A DNA stretch of 64,000 nt from NCBI RefSeq assembly GCF_009914755.1, contig NC_060936.1; one strand, given 5' to 3'. The notes under the pieces are model-generated. The model saw only the letters and a program-made list of their open reading frames with translations, was not told where the DNA came from and did not search any database. Below, in pieces: positions 46,621-60,971 of this stretch. This DNA comes from the human T2T-CHM13v2.0 reference genome, Homo sapiens. A program made the position numbers and the translations under genes. Within the stretch, counting starts at the first letter, position 1. The number at the start of each line of letters is the position of its first letter.

Positions 46621-49544
46621 AATAAATTTCACTTACTGTGTAGTCATGAAACAAACACGCTGAGCCTTGGTTTCTTGGTCTACAAATTAACCCAGTTACA
46701 TTCTTTTTTGTGATTAAAAGAGATATAAATTCAAGTATTCAAACTATACCAATATGAAATAAACATTCCATACATTTTAGGATTTTTTTCTCTCATTAAA
46801 AGTCAGCTGATTTCATAATTTTTGTGAGATCCAAATAGGGTATAGGAAAATTTCTATAAACTCAGAAACATCAAAATATAAAGTGTTAGTACTATTACCA
46901 CTGGCAATATAACTAATAAGATCTCGGTACATTAAATTTGTTTTTATGCTAGCGTTGCTTTTGGAGTATAAGGCAACAGATTAAATATGTATAGGAAATA
47001 TAAGGTCTATTTCTTTGGCTTTTGTGTAGTAGAAATCTCAAGAAAAAGAAGCTGTTTTATTTTCTTGACCTTTATATAACCTTCAAGTCAATAGAAAATT
47101 GTAGTTCTTAATCATTAGTTAGACAAAAGTCATATTAGTACCCAAGTATTATTTATGGCATTAATTTCTTAGAAGATACATTACAAGTGGGATAATTTTT
47201 CCTGTGAAAGAAAAGATACAATCAACTAGGAATCACGACCACTTTTCAGGATATAGAAATAGATGGTGTTCAGTGCCACAAATACAATTTATCCTGGTAT
47301 AATCTGGTTTCAGTCTGATTAGACATCAGATAAAGGGAGCAACACAAGCAGAATATCTTCTCTAATAAAACCAAATTTTTATTACAAACCTATCAGTAGT
47401 GCTCTTCTTTCTTTAATCTTTGTCAACGTCAACTATTCTAAGTCCTGAATACTCATGAGACGCTGATAAAGACAGTATATCCTTTCTGCCCTTTTTATCA
47501 GCATAATGTAGAAAATGAAAAAAGGATCTCATTCTGATATCTATCATGTTAATGGTCATGAAAGTAAGATAGAAAAATGACATATTCATTTATTTAATGT
47601 AATAGGTTTAGTTCCAAAAGTCAGAGAGAAGAGATCAAGTGAGATAGTCATTTCTGAGTTAAAAAAAACTGACTATGGTCCTATAGAAACTCACTAATAA
47701 GTGTTTAATAACTTCTAAGATGGAGATCAAAAAGAACAATTCAAAAGAGATTTTCAACCAAAAGTCAAATACGTTTTTATATTCCTATATTTCCTCTGTG
47801 AAAAGCTACATTGTCTGAGAGTAGTTCTGAAAACCAAAAATAAAACATTTAAAAAATGGAAGAATAAAGCTAATAGTAAAATGTTGAAAGTGACAACTTG
47901 ATCAGTGTGAAAATGTATGAAGTAAGCAGACTGACAATAGTATATTAAACTCTGAGTAAGAGTCAGGCAGAGGAGGAGGAGTCATCACCAGCAACTGTTA
48001 GATATAAAGGCACCAAAGTGTGCTCCTTCAATTAAGTAACTGGCTTTTCTCTCCTTATTTTGTTGTATTTAACTTAGAGGTCTGAGTTGCGATATGCATC
48101 TTATCCTTATGTCTGGTTTAATGACCTTGAACATGAAAACCTGTCTTTAACCCCCAATTCTTGGTTTGCATATGGATTATGATTTCCATTACCTTTGCTT
48201 TTGATCACTTAGTTTTTGCTTAGTTTACACCACAGATTTCACTGCTTTTTCCTGACTCATAACTTTTTATTGCCTCCTTTCCTTGATGGCTTTGCTTGTG
48301 TATCTAATCCTTAACCTCCTCTAACTCTGATTAACTCAACTATGGTGGCCCATATAAAGAACCAGACACTCATTGGCAATGAAGATGATTTAGTTCGGAT
48401 AAGAGGTTAAGTGATAATTGGATATGTTTTACTGTGCCTTTTACAATCAGAAGGTGCTAAAAATATTCCTCTCACCTCTCAGAGTCCAAAAGCTGAGATA
48501 CATCCCTGTTATCTTTGGTAAGGCCTTTTCCTTGGTAGATAATTTCCTGACTTCAGCATGTTCTCTTTGAGTGCAGAAAAAGAAAAGCTATTGCTGTTTG
48601 CAAAGTTCTCAGCTTTCCTGCAGAATACATTGCTTTATTCATTAAATCAATAAATATTTCCTGAATAGGCAGAGCACTATAGTAAACATTAAGAGATCTA
48701 AAGCAAGGTAAGGCTCAGACCCAAAACCCCGAAGCTTATCAGTGCTAGACACCTGGACCAAAAGGTCATCTCTGAATCTTGATAGCAGTACCTTATGTAT
48801 GTAGGTGGCAATTCTCTTAGGGTTCTTATAAAATCATACAATGGCAACTAAGTGTCTTGCACTGTGGCATGTTTTAGTCTGTTTCGTCTTAATGGAGATT
48901 GTCAGAGAATGTAGAATTAAGGACGAAAGAAAGAAACTGCATATACTTTCAATGTATGCATTTTTAGAAACACACAGCACTTAATAAATGCTCTAATAAC
49001 ATTAAGCAAGATTAAAAGGGTTTTATTGATCTGTATAGATTTATATTTGGACAAAAATTATTTTCTTAGAATATATTCCAAGTAAAATAGCTAACCAAAT
49101 GAGAGTGTAAAAAAAATTCTTCTGGAGGTCCTTGCAATATATCAGACCTGAGTGCATGTATGTGTCATGATTTCCTATCATCCTACTTTTTATGAATCCA
49201 AACAAATTGGTTGCTTCTATACTAGTATCTGAAATATGTTATATTCAAAAAGCAATATTATAACCTTTACTCAGTGATTTTTAACATTCTAACTGATTTG
49301 TCAGCTGAATGTGTTTTCCAAATGCTTTCATTAGTTATACATTTTTCTTTTATTTTACAAATCTTTCCAAGAGAAATATAAGAAATGATTACATTTCCAG
49401 AACAAAAGAAGAAATACATGTCCAGATTCTGAATGGACTGTCTCAAAGAATCTTCACCCTTAGAGGGGAAGTTATTGATAATTAGGCTAACTCTTTTCAC
49501 GAATGAAGACCCTGTGATTTATGTCAAGTCGTTTCTTTTCAAAT

Positions 49545-49755
49545 CAGGCAATATAGCATAATGCTTACCTATCAAGGCATTTGGAAAAGACTCAGAGGTT
49601 CCATGCCAGCTGTGCCTCTTTCTAGAAAGTCAGCTATTCTCTCAATTATCATCATTATCTGTTAAATTAGAATAACAACACTTCTTACCTCACAGGGTTA
49701 TTTTAGGATTATATGTGACCCTGCATACAGAGCACCTAGTAGGGGGTCTAATAAT
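49545..49755 (+). mobile_element. MIR fragment
   Basis: atctgttaaattagaataacaacacttcttacctcacagggttattttaggatta. Confidence 0.65.
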
Positions 49756-50187
49756 ATTCTCTCTCAGCTTGACTCTAATTAGGGACTGCCCAAGTGGAAA
49801 GGTGAGAATAATTATTCACAGGCTTGTCTTTAAGAATCCATGAGAGACATTTAAGTTTAACACAAAGGAGGAAGAGAGAACAAATATGTATGTTGGGAGT
49901 GGTTGGGGAATGGTGGGTAAAAAGGAATTTGCACCTTGCTAAAATCAGTTCAGTGAAATATATTTAATGATGTATACCAAATCTCCAAAGGAATATGAAA
50001 GTGGAATGGAATCCGTGAGTAAAATAACCCATTGAGGGTTGCAGATCGGGCAGTGATAATGGCAAGTTTGGACTGACCACATAACCAAAACATTAAATGA
50101 GCTGAGAATTAAACTCAGGTTGTCTGATTCTTAATTTAGAGCCACTTTATCTTTCTTTCACACACCCCTAGGATGACATTCCTTGGC

Positions 50188-50210
50188 TTTTTTTTTTTTT
50201 TTTTTTTTTT
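50188..50210. repeat. poly-T tract
   Basis: Visible. Confidence 0.9.
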
Positions 50211-51934
50211 GCTTTAAGTTAATGCAAAGATTGATGCCATTGTAAATTCTTCTATAATTTAGAACTGTTCTGGATTAGCTTAGTCCAAAGTTGAATTGAC
50301 TACTGATCAAACCAATAGTAACATTCCCAGGATATGCAACTTGGATTCCTGAAAGATAGTTCTCTTATAAAATGACAAATTTCAAAGCAAATTATTTTGC
50401 CCATTTCTGTAGCAGTCTTATTTTCTTGTTCACTCACTGAGGTATAAGACATGACAAGCTTCCTTTGACAAGGTTTTAATTAGTTTCCATATGTGTTACT
50501 TTTATACCATGTGGTCCTGGAATTTTCTTTTTGTATGGGAAAAAAAAGGCCACTTAAACCGTTTTAATTATTTACCTGCATCAGTTCTGATAATCCCCAA
50601 ACAGATGGCTTTGCCACTTTTTTGCTTATTTGTGCTTCTGATTTTTTTAAAGCTTTGCTTTCATTCCAGCAAGTCAGATGGACTACTTTCTGAGCAATTG
50701 TGTTAGAGAAAAAGTAAAAGATCAACTGTAGGTCAGCTGAAGGATTTTGTGCAGTTAAACTCAATTACAGGGAATGACTGAAATGAATTTAAAATTGCCT
50801 TTCCTGAAGGGTGAATGGATGTTGTCCTCTGGTTTCTGACAGGACAGTGCTCATACGGCTTTATCAAGACGGACAAGATTTTGGCTTTTTAAAATATATT
50901 TTTGGTCATGGGAGTTGGGTGGCAGAAAAGAAAGTTGTTGTTTGGTTTGAGCTTCATTCCATTTCCACAGCTGCATTAAACTAACAGCCAGTTTGGGCAA
51001 GAATAAATCATTTTGTATAAGCAAATGAGGCATGTATTTGACAGGACTGACTAATTTTTAACGTAGATGAATCTTTTCCACTCTTGAAAATGAAGGTGCT
51101 AGCTGTGCTGCCTTTTGAGAGTCAAGGGGGAACACTGACCCCTTTCTCTTCCTCTTTCTTCTTGACCTTGGTTAATCTTGTGCCTGGCAGAGAGCTGCAA
51201 AGAGGAGTCCACAGGAAGGCTTGAAGGCTATACTCTCTCAGAACTTTGACAATTCTTTCTAATCTCAGAGTGTCCCTTTATATCTCCGCCAGCCTAAAAA
51301 TTCTATTTCCACCCCATCTCCTCTTTTCAAATCTCTGCTTTAAATTTGCCTCCTTCAAGAAACTTCTCCTTTTCAAGCTCCTCCACACTAATTCCCCAAA
51401 GCCTTTTGTTTGGCATTTACAGCATGAACACTTATTCTTATTTACATATTATACTTGAACACTTCTTTTAATATACGTATGAAAGTCCTGTGTTCTTAAC
51501 TGGATTTTTAAATCCTTCTAAAGCCAGATATATTATTATTTCATTTTATGCTGTATAATACTTAATACTCTCTATCCAGACAGCATTCCAGAAACTTTGA
51601 AATTCCCTCTTCTCCCACCTCTCTGCCTCTCACTGATTTTTGAATTGGTATCCCGAGTTTCTTTCCTGCTCTTGATTTTCTTGGTTCACAGTCCTTCAGT
51701 TTTAGCAGTTGTGGCTATTTAGCCTCAGCTGATAACGCCATTCTCATTATTCACTACTCTGTTTATTTACTTCTACTTAATAATATATCTTATTTGCCAT
51801 AGTATCTGTTCTAAATTTTCACTAGGCTTCTCAGTCTCCTTAGCCTTATAACTATTCTTGACTCCAGCAAATGACATAGCCTCCTACATTACTGCAAAAT
51901 TTGAGGCTCTTCATCTCCTTTATCTCTACCTCTA

Positions 51935-52314
51935 TTTTATAGGTGTATTTTCATACTACTATAAAGAACTGCCAGAGATTGGGTAATTTATAAACCCAAG
52001 GGGTTAGTTGACTCACAGTTCAGCAGGGCTGGGGAAGGCCTCAGGAAACTTACAATCATGACGGAAGGCGAAGGGGAAGCAAAGTACCTTCTTCACGAGG
52101 CGGCAGGAAAGAGAAGTGCCCAGCGAAGGGGGAAGAGCCCATTATAAAACCGTCAGAATCCATGAGAACTCACTCACTATCACGAGAACAGCATGGGGAA
52201 AACCGCACCCCTGATTCAACTACCTCCACCTGGTCTCTCCCTTGACAGGTGGGGATTATGGGGATTATCATTCAAGATGAGACTTAGGTGAGGACACAAA
52301 ACCTAACCATATCA
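51935..52314 (-). mobile_element. THE1C/THE1D solo LTR (ERVL-MaLR)
   Basis: gactcacagttc, ggcctcaggaaacttacaatcatg, ends cctaaccatatca; probable 5-bp TSD ctct(a/g) at 51930-51934 and 52315-52319. Confidence 0.92.
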
Positions 52315-52563
52315 CTCTGTATCTTCCCACCTGTCTCCTTTGTAGCTGCTGCCCCTGAAGAGGCGTCCTTCTTCCCCTCCAGCACATGCTGCTGATCCTT
52401 CCCATGACTTACTCTCCTCTCAGAAATGCTGACCCATGGATTACTTACTACTGCTACCATCTCTACTCCCCTTACTTAACAATGTGCTTGAATCTGTCTC
52501 TGACACATTGTAGATTCCCAAGAGCATTCTTGCATTCTTGGATGAATGAATGATTGCTCTTTT

Positions 52564-52875
52564 ATTTTTTCTTCTTTTTTTTTGGATGGAGTCTCGCCGT
52601 TCTGTCGCCCAGGCCGGAGGGCAGTGGCGAGATCTCGGCTCACTCGGCTCACCGCAAGCTCCACCTCCCGGGTTCACACCATTCTTCTGCCTCAGCCTCC
52701 CGAGTAGCTGGGACTACAGGTGCCCGCCACCACGCCTGGCTAATTTTTTGTATTTTCAGTAGAGACGGGGTTTCACCGTGTTAGCCAGGATGGTCTTGAT
52801 CTCCTGACCTCGTGATCCGCCCGCTTCCGCCTCCCAAAGTGCTGGGATTACAGGCGTGAGCCACCACGCCTGGCC
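52564..52875 (-). mobile_element. AluY with internal 9-bp duplication (ctcggctca x2)
   Basis: gcaagctcc, ccattct, ccgtgttagccaggatgg; imperfect TSD a(a/g)tgattg(c/g)tcttt at 52549-52563 and 52876-52890. Confidence 0.94.
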
Positions 52876-52889
52876 AGTGATTGGTCTTT

Positions 52890-52931
52890 TCTAGCTACTC
52901 TTTTTCTCCATCTAGCTACTCTTTTTCTCCA
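52890..52931. repeat. 21-bp tandem duplication tctagctactctttttctcca x2
   Basis: Visible, perfect. Confidence 0.9.
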
Positions 52932-53714
52932 CTTTTAATATCAAAGTGCTGTATATATTAGGCAACATTTGGTGTCTTTACTTTCTAATCACAGATGAAT
53001 TGCGTAATTCTAGAAATCACATTTCTGTGTTCATCACATCACTGAAATTCCTTTCAGCAGCAGACAGGAGACTCCTCCGTGTTGCTTTCTAACATCTTCT
53101 CTCATCTCTTGTTTTTCTTTATTTTTTCTCTTGGCTCTACATGTCATTCACTTAGTTTTGAAATTTTCGAATCTGGTTCACTGTTAATTGCACCCTCTTT
53201 TTTCCCTTTACATTTAAGTGTCTTCCCAAGTTTATTTTTTCCTTTCATCTACTCATTTTTTCCCCTTGAAAATCTTACATAATTGGGTGGTTTCAGTAAT
53301 CATATTTTTCCTAAATTATCTCATAGTTACATCTTTTGAACTAACATATCACCTACAGGAATTTCTACCTAGAATTCCAGAAAACTGCCTGATCAATCTT
53401 GGATCCCAAACTTAAATTCAGCATGCTGTCTTCCTAACGTGTCTACGTTACTTTACAAACAAATCCCTAAAAGTATTTTTATTATTTGCAATAATATTAT
53501 CCAAACTAATCAATCCATTATTTTTGACTCACCTACAATGTGTGTCATATGTTTCGTCTTATTTCTTATCTGGCTGCCACCTCACCTGTTTAGGCTAACA
53601 CACCTGTTCATGCCTCTATTATGTCTTGTAGTTGGTTCTTAGCAATTACCACAACTCCAATATTTACTCCATTAATCCTCTGCACTCTTCTATGCCAGCT
53701 TAATTTTTCTCTAT

Positions 53715-54180
53715 TGATGAGGCTAACAGTAGCTATATTATAATAAATAAACAACTAAATATCAGTGGATAAATGCAACAAAATGTTAATTATAGTTCAC
53801 ATAAGGGTCCAAGATCATCCCAGGTAGACAAGGAAGGTTGTGAATTTGCCCCATGTAGTTATTCAGAAGCTTAGACTGGCAGAGGCTTTGACAGCCAAAA
53901 TAGATGGCTCCCAATGTTGCCTTGAACCTCAGCATCCAACTGATTGGGTGGGATAGAACAGCATGGAATTTCCTGTGGGAGGTAATTATATGCACTATGA
54001 TAGAAAATGAAGGCAATAACTTGTGCATCCATTTCACAGGTTAGAATTTATGGCCATATGGCCACATGTCACTGGAACAGTTCTAGAAAGTATCATTCCT
54101 AGCTGTTCAGGCACTTCTCAGTAACAATTCCATAGCATGGAACAGTAAAGCACAGTAGAAATATTTCAGTAGTAAAGCCA
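53715..54180. mobile_element. Old MLT1-type LTR (ERVL-MaLR)
   Basis: aaacaactaaatatcagtgg...aacaaaatg, agttattcagaagcttagactggcagaggc, catatggccaca. Confidence 0.6.
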
Positions 54181-54639
54181 TGTGGGCATAGAGTTTGCTT
54201 TGCAAATTCTCTTCTTGTAATAATTCAATTTCTTTAACAAATATAAAAGTGTCTCACCACGTGTGCACACCTTAGGAATCAGAAATGGAAAATTATACAT
54301 AGAATAACGGATACACTTTTATGCATTCTATATTGTCCAATATATTCTATATTGACCCATGACTTTTTATCTCCTTAGTAGCTCTGAACGTCAATATTTG
54401 TCTTTCCAGCCAAGTGAGGCTGCCACAAGGTTTTGGACACTGCTTTCTTATTGGCTTTTATGCCTTAGGAATAGAACCAGCAAAAATCTTAAGTGAAAAA
54501 AAAAGTTATGGTAAATGGTAAACACAGGACTTACTACAACATAATTACTGTTTCTTGGAAATATTATATTTTTGTTATCAATTGAAAGGTTAGTCCAAGG
54601 TAACCTATTCTATTTTAACTGTAAGCAAAAACCCCAATA

Positions 54640-54810
54640 GGGGATTTTAAGCAAGGAAGAAATGTGAGATTTGACTTAAATTTGAGAATTTCACTGTGAA
54701 TACTGGGTAAGAATAGACTATAAGGGAGGAAGGGTAAAATTGGGAAGAAAAATTAGGTAGCTATTAAAATAATCCAGGTGAGAGATAAGCATTAAGAAAA
54801 CATTGATGGT
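54640..54810 (-). mobile_element. L2 fragment
   Basis: gggattttaagcaaggaag...gaatagactataaggg...gctattaaaataatccaggtgagagat. Confidence 0.65.
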
Positions 54811-55378
54811 GCTATACATTCCCTCCATGTGAGGTCATTCTGCTATGCAGGACTGAAGAGCCCTGGCAATTCCCCTTTAAAGTGTCACCTTCCTGTGGCC
54901 CCAGTTTAACTTCTTTTGGAATACTGTCTACGAGTCAAAATAATAAACATTAGGTCGCCCTATAGCAGCACTGTAAATATATATAAGCATTTAATTAACC
55001 CTCCCTCTACTATGTATTTTCATTATCATAAAAGATCATATGGATATTTCCTTTCAAGTGTTAGTGATATAAATGAGCAAAATTAAATGTCAGAAATGAT
55101 TTGCTTCACTTTGAAAAATATTTTCTTTCTCACTCCAAAAAAAAATCTGTCATTGATTGATTTATGTGGGATAAAACAAATCAATTCTTCTCTTGCATAT
55201 CATCTATTTATTATTAATGAGATAAACAAGTATTTGCCCTCACTTAATGTTTATCTATTTAAAGATACATCAATGTAATATTATTGATTAAATTATAGCA
55301 CATTGATTTTTAAAAACCATTCAGAATTCTTAAACCATGGGTACAAATCAGGCTTTCTTTAAATATTTTAGCTCTTCA

Positions 55379-55694
55379 GGCCAGGTGTGGTGGCTAACGT
55401 CTGTAATCCCAGCACTTTGGGAGGCAGAGGCAAGTGGATTACCTGAGGTCAGGAGTTCGAGACCAGCCTGGCCAACATGGTGACACCCTGTCTCTACTAA
55501 AAATACAAAGATTAGCTGGGCATTGTGGTGGGTGCTTGTAATCCCAGCTAATCGGGGAGGCTGAGGCAGAAGAATTGCTTGGACCAGGGAGGCGGAGGTT
55601 GCAGTGAGCCAAGATCGTGCTGTTGTACTCCAGCCTGGGCAACAAGAGTGAAACTCTGTCTCAAAAAAATAAATATGTATATATATATATATAT
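55379..55694 (+). mobile_element. AluS (Sq-like) with (TA)n tail
   Basis: acctgaggtcaggagttcgag, ggcaacaagagtgaaactc; TSD gctcttca at 55371-55378 and 55695-55702. Confidence 0.94.
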
Positions 55695-57544
55695 GCTCTT
55701 CAAAAAGCAGTATTACAGAGAGGTTGCCCTGGAATAAATTTGCTGGCTATAAAGGCTAGCCATGTTCCATGCTAGTATTATTAACCTGAGCATATGTACT
55801 TATTTAATAAAGGAATTGTGAAACCTAAGTAAAATAATCATGGAACATCCTTAGGAATAAGGACTTATGCTGGGATCACAATAAATTATTCAAATTTATA
55901 AATTGAATGCAAAGGATACCTTCATTTTTAGAGGCAAAATTTAAGGTATCTGCAAGATAATTTACTATTATCTTTTTAAAGTTTAGATGCTCTATTTCCT
56001 TCCAGCTACCCCATTATCAATAAATATCTAAGGTGAAATGAAGAGAATGCTAAGAGTTACCCGAAGCAAATTGTATTAGTAACAATAATAAAAATTTAAT
56101 TGACAAAGACTGACAAACCAAAAAATGCTGAAGTTCAACTTTTTTTTCTCCTGTTTCTGTAGTTTTATAAAAACAGCAATTGAGAAAACATATTTCATTT
56201 TTCCTTTGGCTACCGAGGAATATAAATTGGTAAATATAAATCTACTTGTAATTCTGAAGGTATAGCATACTTTATCAAGCAATTGGGTGCTTCATAATCT
56301 GGCTCAATTGCAATTGGATTGTTGATATGCCAAAGTGAGCTCCAAATACATAAAAATAACTTTGATTGATATATTTTAACGTGAGCAAAGTGATACCTCA
56401 AACCTGCATCTTAGCTCATGAGATAAAACATGAGTGGCAGGCATTGCTAAGACTATTCCCTTATGGATGACTGCTGCAGCATATTGAAGAAAACACATTA
56501 TTAATGGGCTATACTTAGGACATAAAGTTTAGTCAGCAAGAGAAAAACAGCTTTAGTTAATAAAGATAAACAATAACTATTGACTCAGTAAAATGATTCT
56601 ATATATTTCAAGGGTGTTTCATTGGTAGAAAAAAATTCTGTGTCAAGTATGGTATATTTCTCTTATGTCTTTTCACTTTCTATGATTTATTTTAAAATGT
56701 TTTTGAGTACTTTTTATAAGAAGGCACAGTGGGAGATGCAAAGATAAATAGGCACGGCCTCTAATGTCTTGATATAAGGTAGAATGTTATAATTGATAAG
56801 AAAACCACAAATATAAAATATGATGCTTGAAATAAAAGTCCACTCTGGCCAGAGAGATACAGTAAGACTGCAAAAATAGTGGTGTCTGATGTGGACTCCA
56901 CCTGATAGATATTCATGCCTTTTAGAATAGAGGAAAGACATTTTTAAAGAAATGAAACATAGGAAATTGGAAATGGAGAAAATAAAAGTTATGTGTAAGA
57001 ACCAAAAAAAAAAAAAAAACACCAAAATCTACATTAGGTTAGAAAAGTTAGGTTGGGTCCAGGTTGTTGAATAATACAGGGTTTATTTCTTTACTCCTGG
57101 GACATTTTGGGACTACTGCAATTTTTTGAGCTGACAAATTTCGGGGTGTGTATTAAAGAATTATTTATATCTCAGGACTTTATTAGATTGTTTAGAGAGG
57201 GAAAATAATTGGGACAGACAGATCAATTAAAAGCTTATGAAAGTAGACCAGCTAAACTGATTTTAGAGCCTGAGCCTGAATAGGAATGGAACTAAGATAA
57301 GGCATTTTTAATTTTTACTTACTGATCTTCCTAAATTATTGCCTCTGTGTAGTTTAAATTCCAATTTAATTTATTGAAAAGTAAAATTAGAAAGTGCAAG
57401 TGAAGCTGTAAGTATGACAACATACTTCATAGAACTTGAAATAATACTTAGGCCACAGTTTCCAGGTTTCAGTAGCTGAAACCCCAATTTGGAGGAGTGA
57501 GAGCTGCGTCAGTACAGGTTGTTTAAAAGTGACCACTCCAGGCA

Positions 57545-57865
57545 ATTTGGTGATCCTGTTCCCTGAGTAGCAGTGTCTGAGAAAGAAATTTGCATTCAGG
57601 AAATTGGTTGGAGAATGCTCTCAGACCAACACCTGACTGGAGCCGGACAGACTTTGGGAGAATTGAACTCCAAAGGCCTCAACCAATCCTCTGCAGAGCT
57701 CTAGAACTGAGATAACCTTTCAGAGTCGTCGTGGATTGGGAAAAGGAAACACTAGAGTAGGGCTGGCCAAAAAGAATTCAGCTATCAGTACTTCCAGTGG
57801 CTGAGACAATGAGTGCTTCAGTCCAAAAAGTGGTGGTGTCGCAATCTGGACAACATACCACAATA
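57545..57865. mobile_element. LTR16-like ERVL LTR remnant
   Basis: gttccctgagtagcagtgtctgagaaagaaatttgcattcagg...aaggcctcaaccaatcc...gagctctagaactgagat. Confidence 0.6.
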
Positions 57866-59014
57866 AAGTATACAAGGGAGTAGAGATGGGAAGTCATGTG
57901 TAACCTGAGTTCTTTAAGAAGATAATGTCAGCATTGTGGGATGAGAAGCAATTTTCATTTAAAGAGTTAAGTCATCACTGAGTCACACATTTAATTAATT
58001 ATTCTCCTATTTTTGAATATTTCCTAAATATTTTTTCATTACATTATAATAAGCATCTTATCAGGCATAGTTTTCCATTAGAATTTTTTTAGAATATTTG
58101 CTTTTGATATATTCAAATCTCCATGCTTTCAAGGTAAATATAAATACTGATTCTCTAAGTAATAGAATCTGTCAGTTTCTGAAGATCTTCTACTAGATGA
58201 ATGCATGGCTTCATTCATTCAAAGTTCATTCAAGATTAATCTAACAGAGATTAATTGGCTGCCTAAATGCCTGAAAGTAAACCACTAACGATTACTCATC
58301 AGTCAAAAATTTACATTTACCCTGCCCATATCAGAGCTTCATCTTTCTCAATTAATATTACCCAGTGAATCACACAGTTTCACAGTAAACTCTCTTCCTC
58401 TGAATTTATAAAGCACAGATACGATCTGGTCATACTATTCTTTATTGGCTGGTGCAATCATGGAAGATGAACAAGCCAGGCAGGAATCAGATGTAAGGAA
58501 TCACACAATTACTACTGCAGGATGATTCCACAGCTTGTGGTAAGAAATAATTATGGAATGGTGCACAATAACTGTGATTAACTGTGCACCATAACAGGGA
58601 TGGCGACCTGTCACTATTTGGCCACTGCCTATTCTTTACTGGCAGCAAGTGCCCACAAAATGTGGCAGAGTTGGATGCGGTGACAGAGAGCAAGAGAAAG
58701 CAGAGGGTCTAACGGATTTCCTTAGGGCACTTTCAGTGTTGCTAATCAAGAAAGAGCTGTATCTGTATCTAAGCTATACTTATGTCTATATTTCTCTCTA
58801 TATCTAGTTAATCTATATTTACATAATAGGTATTTTTGTTGTGTGTAATATAATCAGGGCACTTTTATATTCGTTAATTCTTCTGGCAACCCTTTGAAGC
58901 AGGAGTTAATGCTATCAATTTTCAAACATATGTTACATAGAAATGGCAGACCTAGAATTGAATCACAGAACAGTCTATTTCAAGCCCACATTCAGAGGTT
59001 CCCAATCCAGGCTA

Positions 59015-59170
59015 CCCAGAAGAAACACACTTGGAGCTTAAAAGCAATTACAGAGGCTGGACCACATACCTGGGAATTCTGATTCAATAGGTCTGAGATA
59101 GAATCTCAAAAATGTGCGCTTTAAAAATGCATGGGTGGTTCTGACAAAAAACTAAGATGGAGAACTATCG
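59015..59170. mobile_element. MER5-type hAT MITE
   Basis: aattctgattcaataggtctgagatagaatc...ggtggttctgac...gagaacta. Confidence 0.7.
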
Positions 59171-59744
59171 CCTGTAATTATTCCAGTCTATTTTTCTGCA
59201 TTTTATGTCAAAAAGAGATGGCCACCAAGTTTCCCAGATTGCTTATTATTGAGAGTACTTAGTATTGAGAATATATACACTATGCCTGAAGGTTATGCAT
59301 TGTGGATGTCTGGTCAAAAAAGTTTCTGTTCCTGTTTAACATCACAGCCATCTGTTATACTCATAAACTTGTAAAAATATTTTATAAGTTATTATGTAAA
59401 AATGTACTAATATTATAGATAAGCAGGACATATTGACATCATAGTAAAATTGTTGCATCAATGATGCAAATAATTAAAATACTTAAGTAGAAATATTATT
59501 TTCCCTACAGAAATTTTCCTGTTGTAAATACTTTTTGCCATTCTTGATTTATTTCTATTCATAAAATTTTATTTGCATTTTCACTAATGACCATTTAAAT
59601 TATAATTTCTTAATGGTGCGCAAGTTGCATCAAGATGCCGAGCATTACTGTGAATGGAGATTTTTCAGTCTGAACCCATATGAAAGAACCAACACAGTGA
59701 ATACCTATTAAGTTATAAGCACCGAACTAGGTACATTAAATTGT

Positions 59745-59935
59745 TTTAAATTGAGCACTTACTATGTGTCTGACATTATGCTAGGAATTTTATATTTATT
59801 TAATTATCAGAACAACCTAGGGATTGGGGAAGCATTCCTGCTTTCTATCTACAGATGATATAGCCAAGGGTCAGAGAGGGTAGGCTAGCTGCTCACGACC
59901 ACACAGCATCCAAACTAGAGCCGAATTCAATGCAG
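59745..59935 (-). mobile_element. MIR fragment
   Basis: ttgagcacttactatgtg...tacagatgatatagccaagggtcagagaggg. Confidence 0.7.
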
Positions 59936-60869
59936 GTAAATTATCTGAATTATGATGGCTTCCCAAATTGTTTTTGATATTAGGGTATCTAATATTCCTT
60001 TTATTGGTTTGAGTGTTATTCTAATTTCTGCTGTGACATTTATTCATTCATTCATTTGTTGTTTCTTAAATTCAGATTTTCATATATATCTGACTCTCTA
60101 TTCCATTTTTTGCCTTTTCTTTAGATGTACGATGCACAGTATGTTTATCTGGGCCGCTTTCTTTACTATTTATTGTAGTAAAGAAATAATTCACCATATT
60201 GGGGAAATATAAATCTAGGAAATGCTATCATTTTCTCAGAAATGGCTGTTTGATATTAAACCTTGTTAATTGTTTCAGCGTGCTAGATATCTAATACAAT
60301 ACTGACAATATTTCCAAAGAAATGCAAATATTTTTGCTTTTTTTAAAAATATTTTCTGTAATTAGCTGTTTTCTAAAAGGGGCTGGTATATTAGTTGTCA
60401 TCTTTTTGATAAATGCGGAAAGAATTGCCTAACCCTGTGGTATTCCCAGAACATCACTCTCATAATTCTTACATTTTGTAAAAGGTACCCAGATGTGCCT
60501 GCTTTCCAGATTATTCAGTTTAGATTGATACAGAGTATTAAGCTCAAAGTCACCAATCCCCACCATATAAAATACACAGAAAATGCCTCCAATAATTTTT
60601 CAAGCATAGTTCTTCTCACGTATTGCATCATTTTATTCAGAATGTACAATTTAAAAATGTCCATTTGGACCTCCATAGTAGATACATTTGTCAGCATAGG
60701 TCTGGGAAATGTTGCTTAAAGGCTAATGAGTTGAGTTCTGTACTTTAGGAGGTACCTTTTTGATCCCAAAATGTTCAGTTTGAAAATGGAAGCAATGAGA
60801 AATGGTAACTGTATTGATATTTGAACAGTTCTTTTTGGTCACCTACTCACATTTCTCTTCACTCAAATC

Positions 60870-60971
60870 CACTAGGTACGTTGGTCTGTCTCTAATGAAG
60901 GACACTAGGTACGTTGGTCTGTCTCTAATGAAGGACACTAGGTACGTTGGTCTGTCTCTAATGAAGGACAC
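60870..60971. repeat. Perfect 33-bp tandem repeat x3 (cactaggtacgttggtctgtctctaatgaagga)
   Basis: Unit starts at 60870, 60903 and 60936; no mismatches. Confidence 0.97.

Noticed and set aside
52441-52784. Overlapping ORFs (also 30311-30493, 31833-32156, 55439-55645)
   Set aside because: Typical Alu translations.
60870-60971. 33-bp direct repeats as a CRISPR array
   Set aside because: No spacers, head-to-tail tandem units, eukaryotic context, no cas genes.
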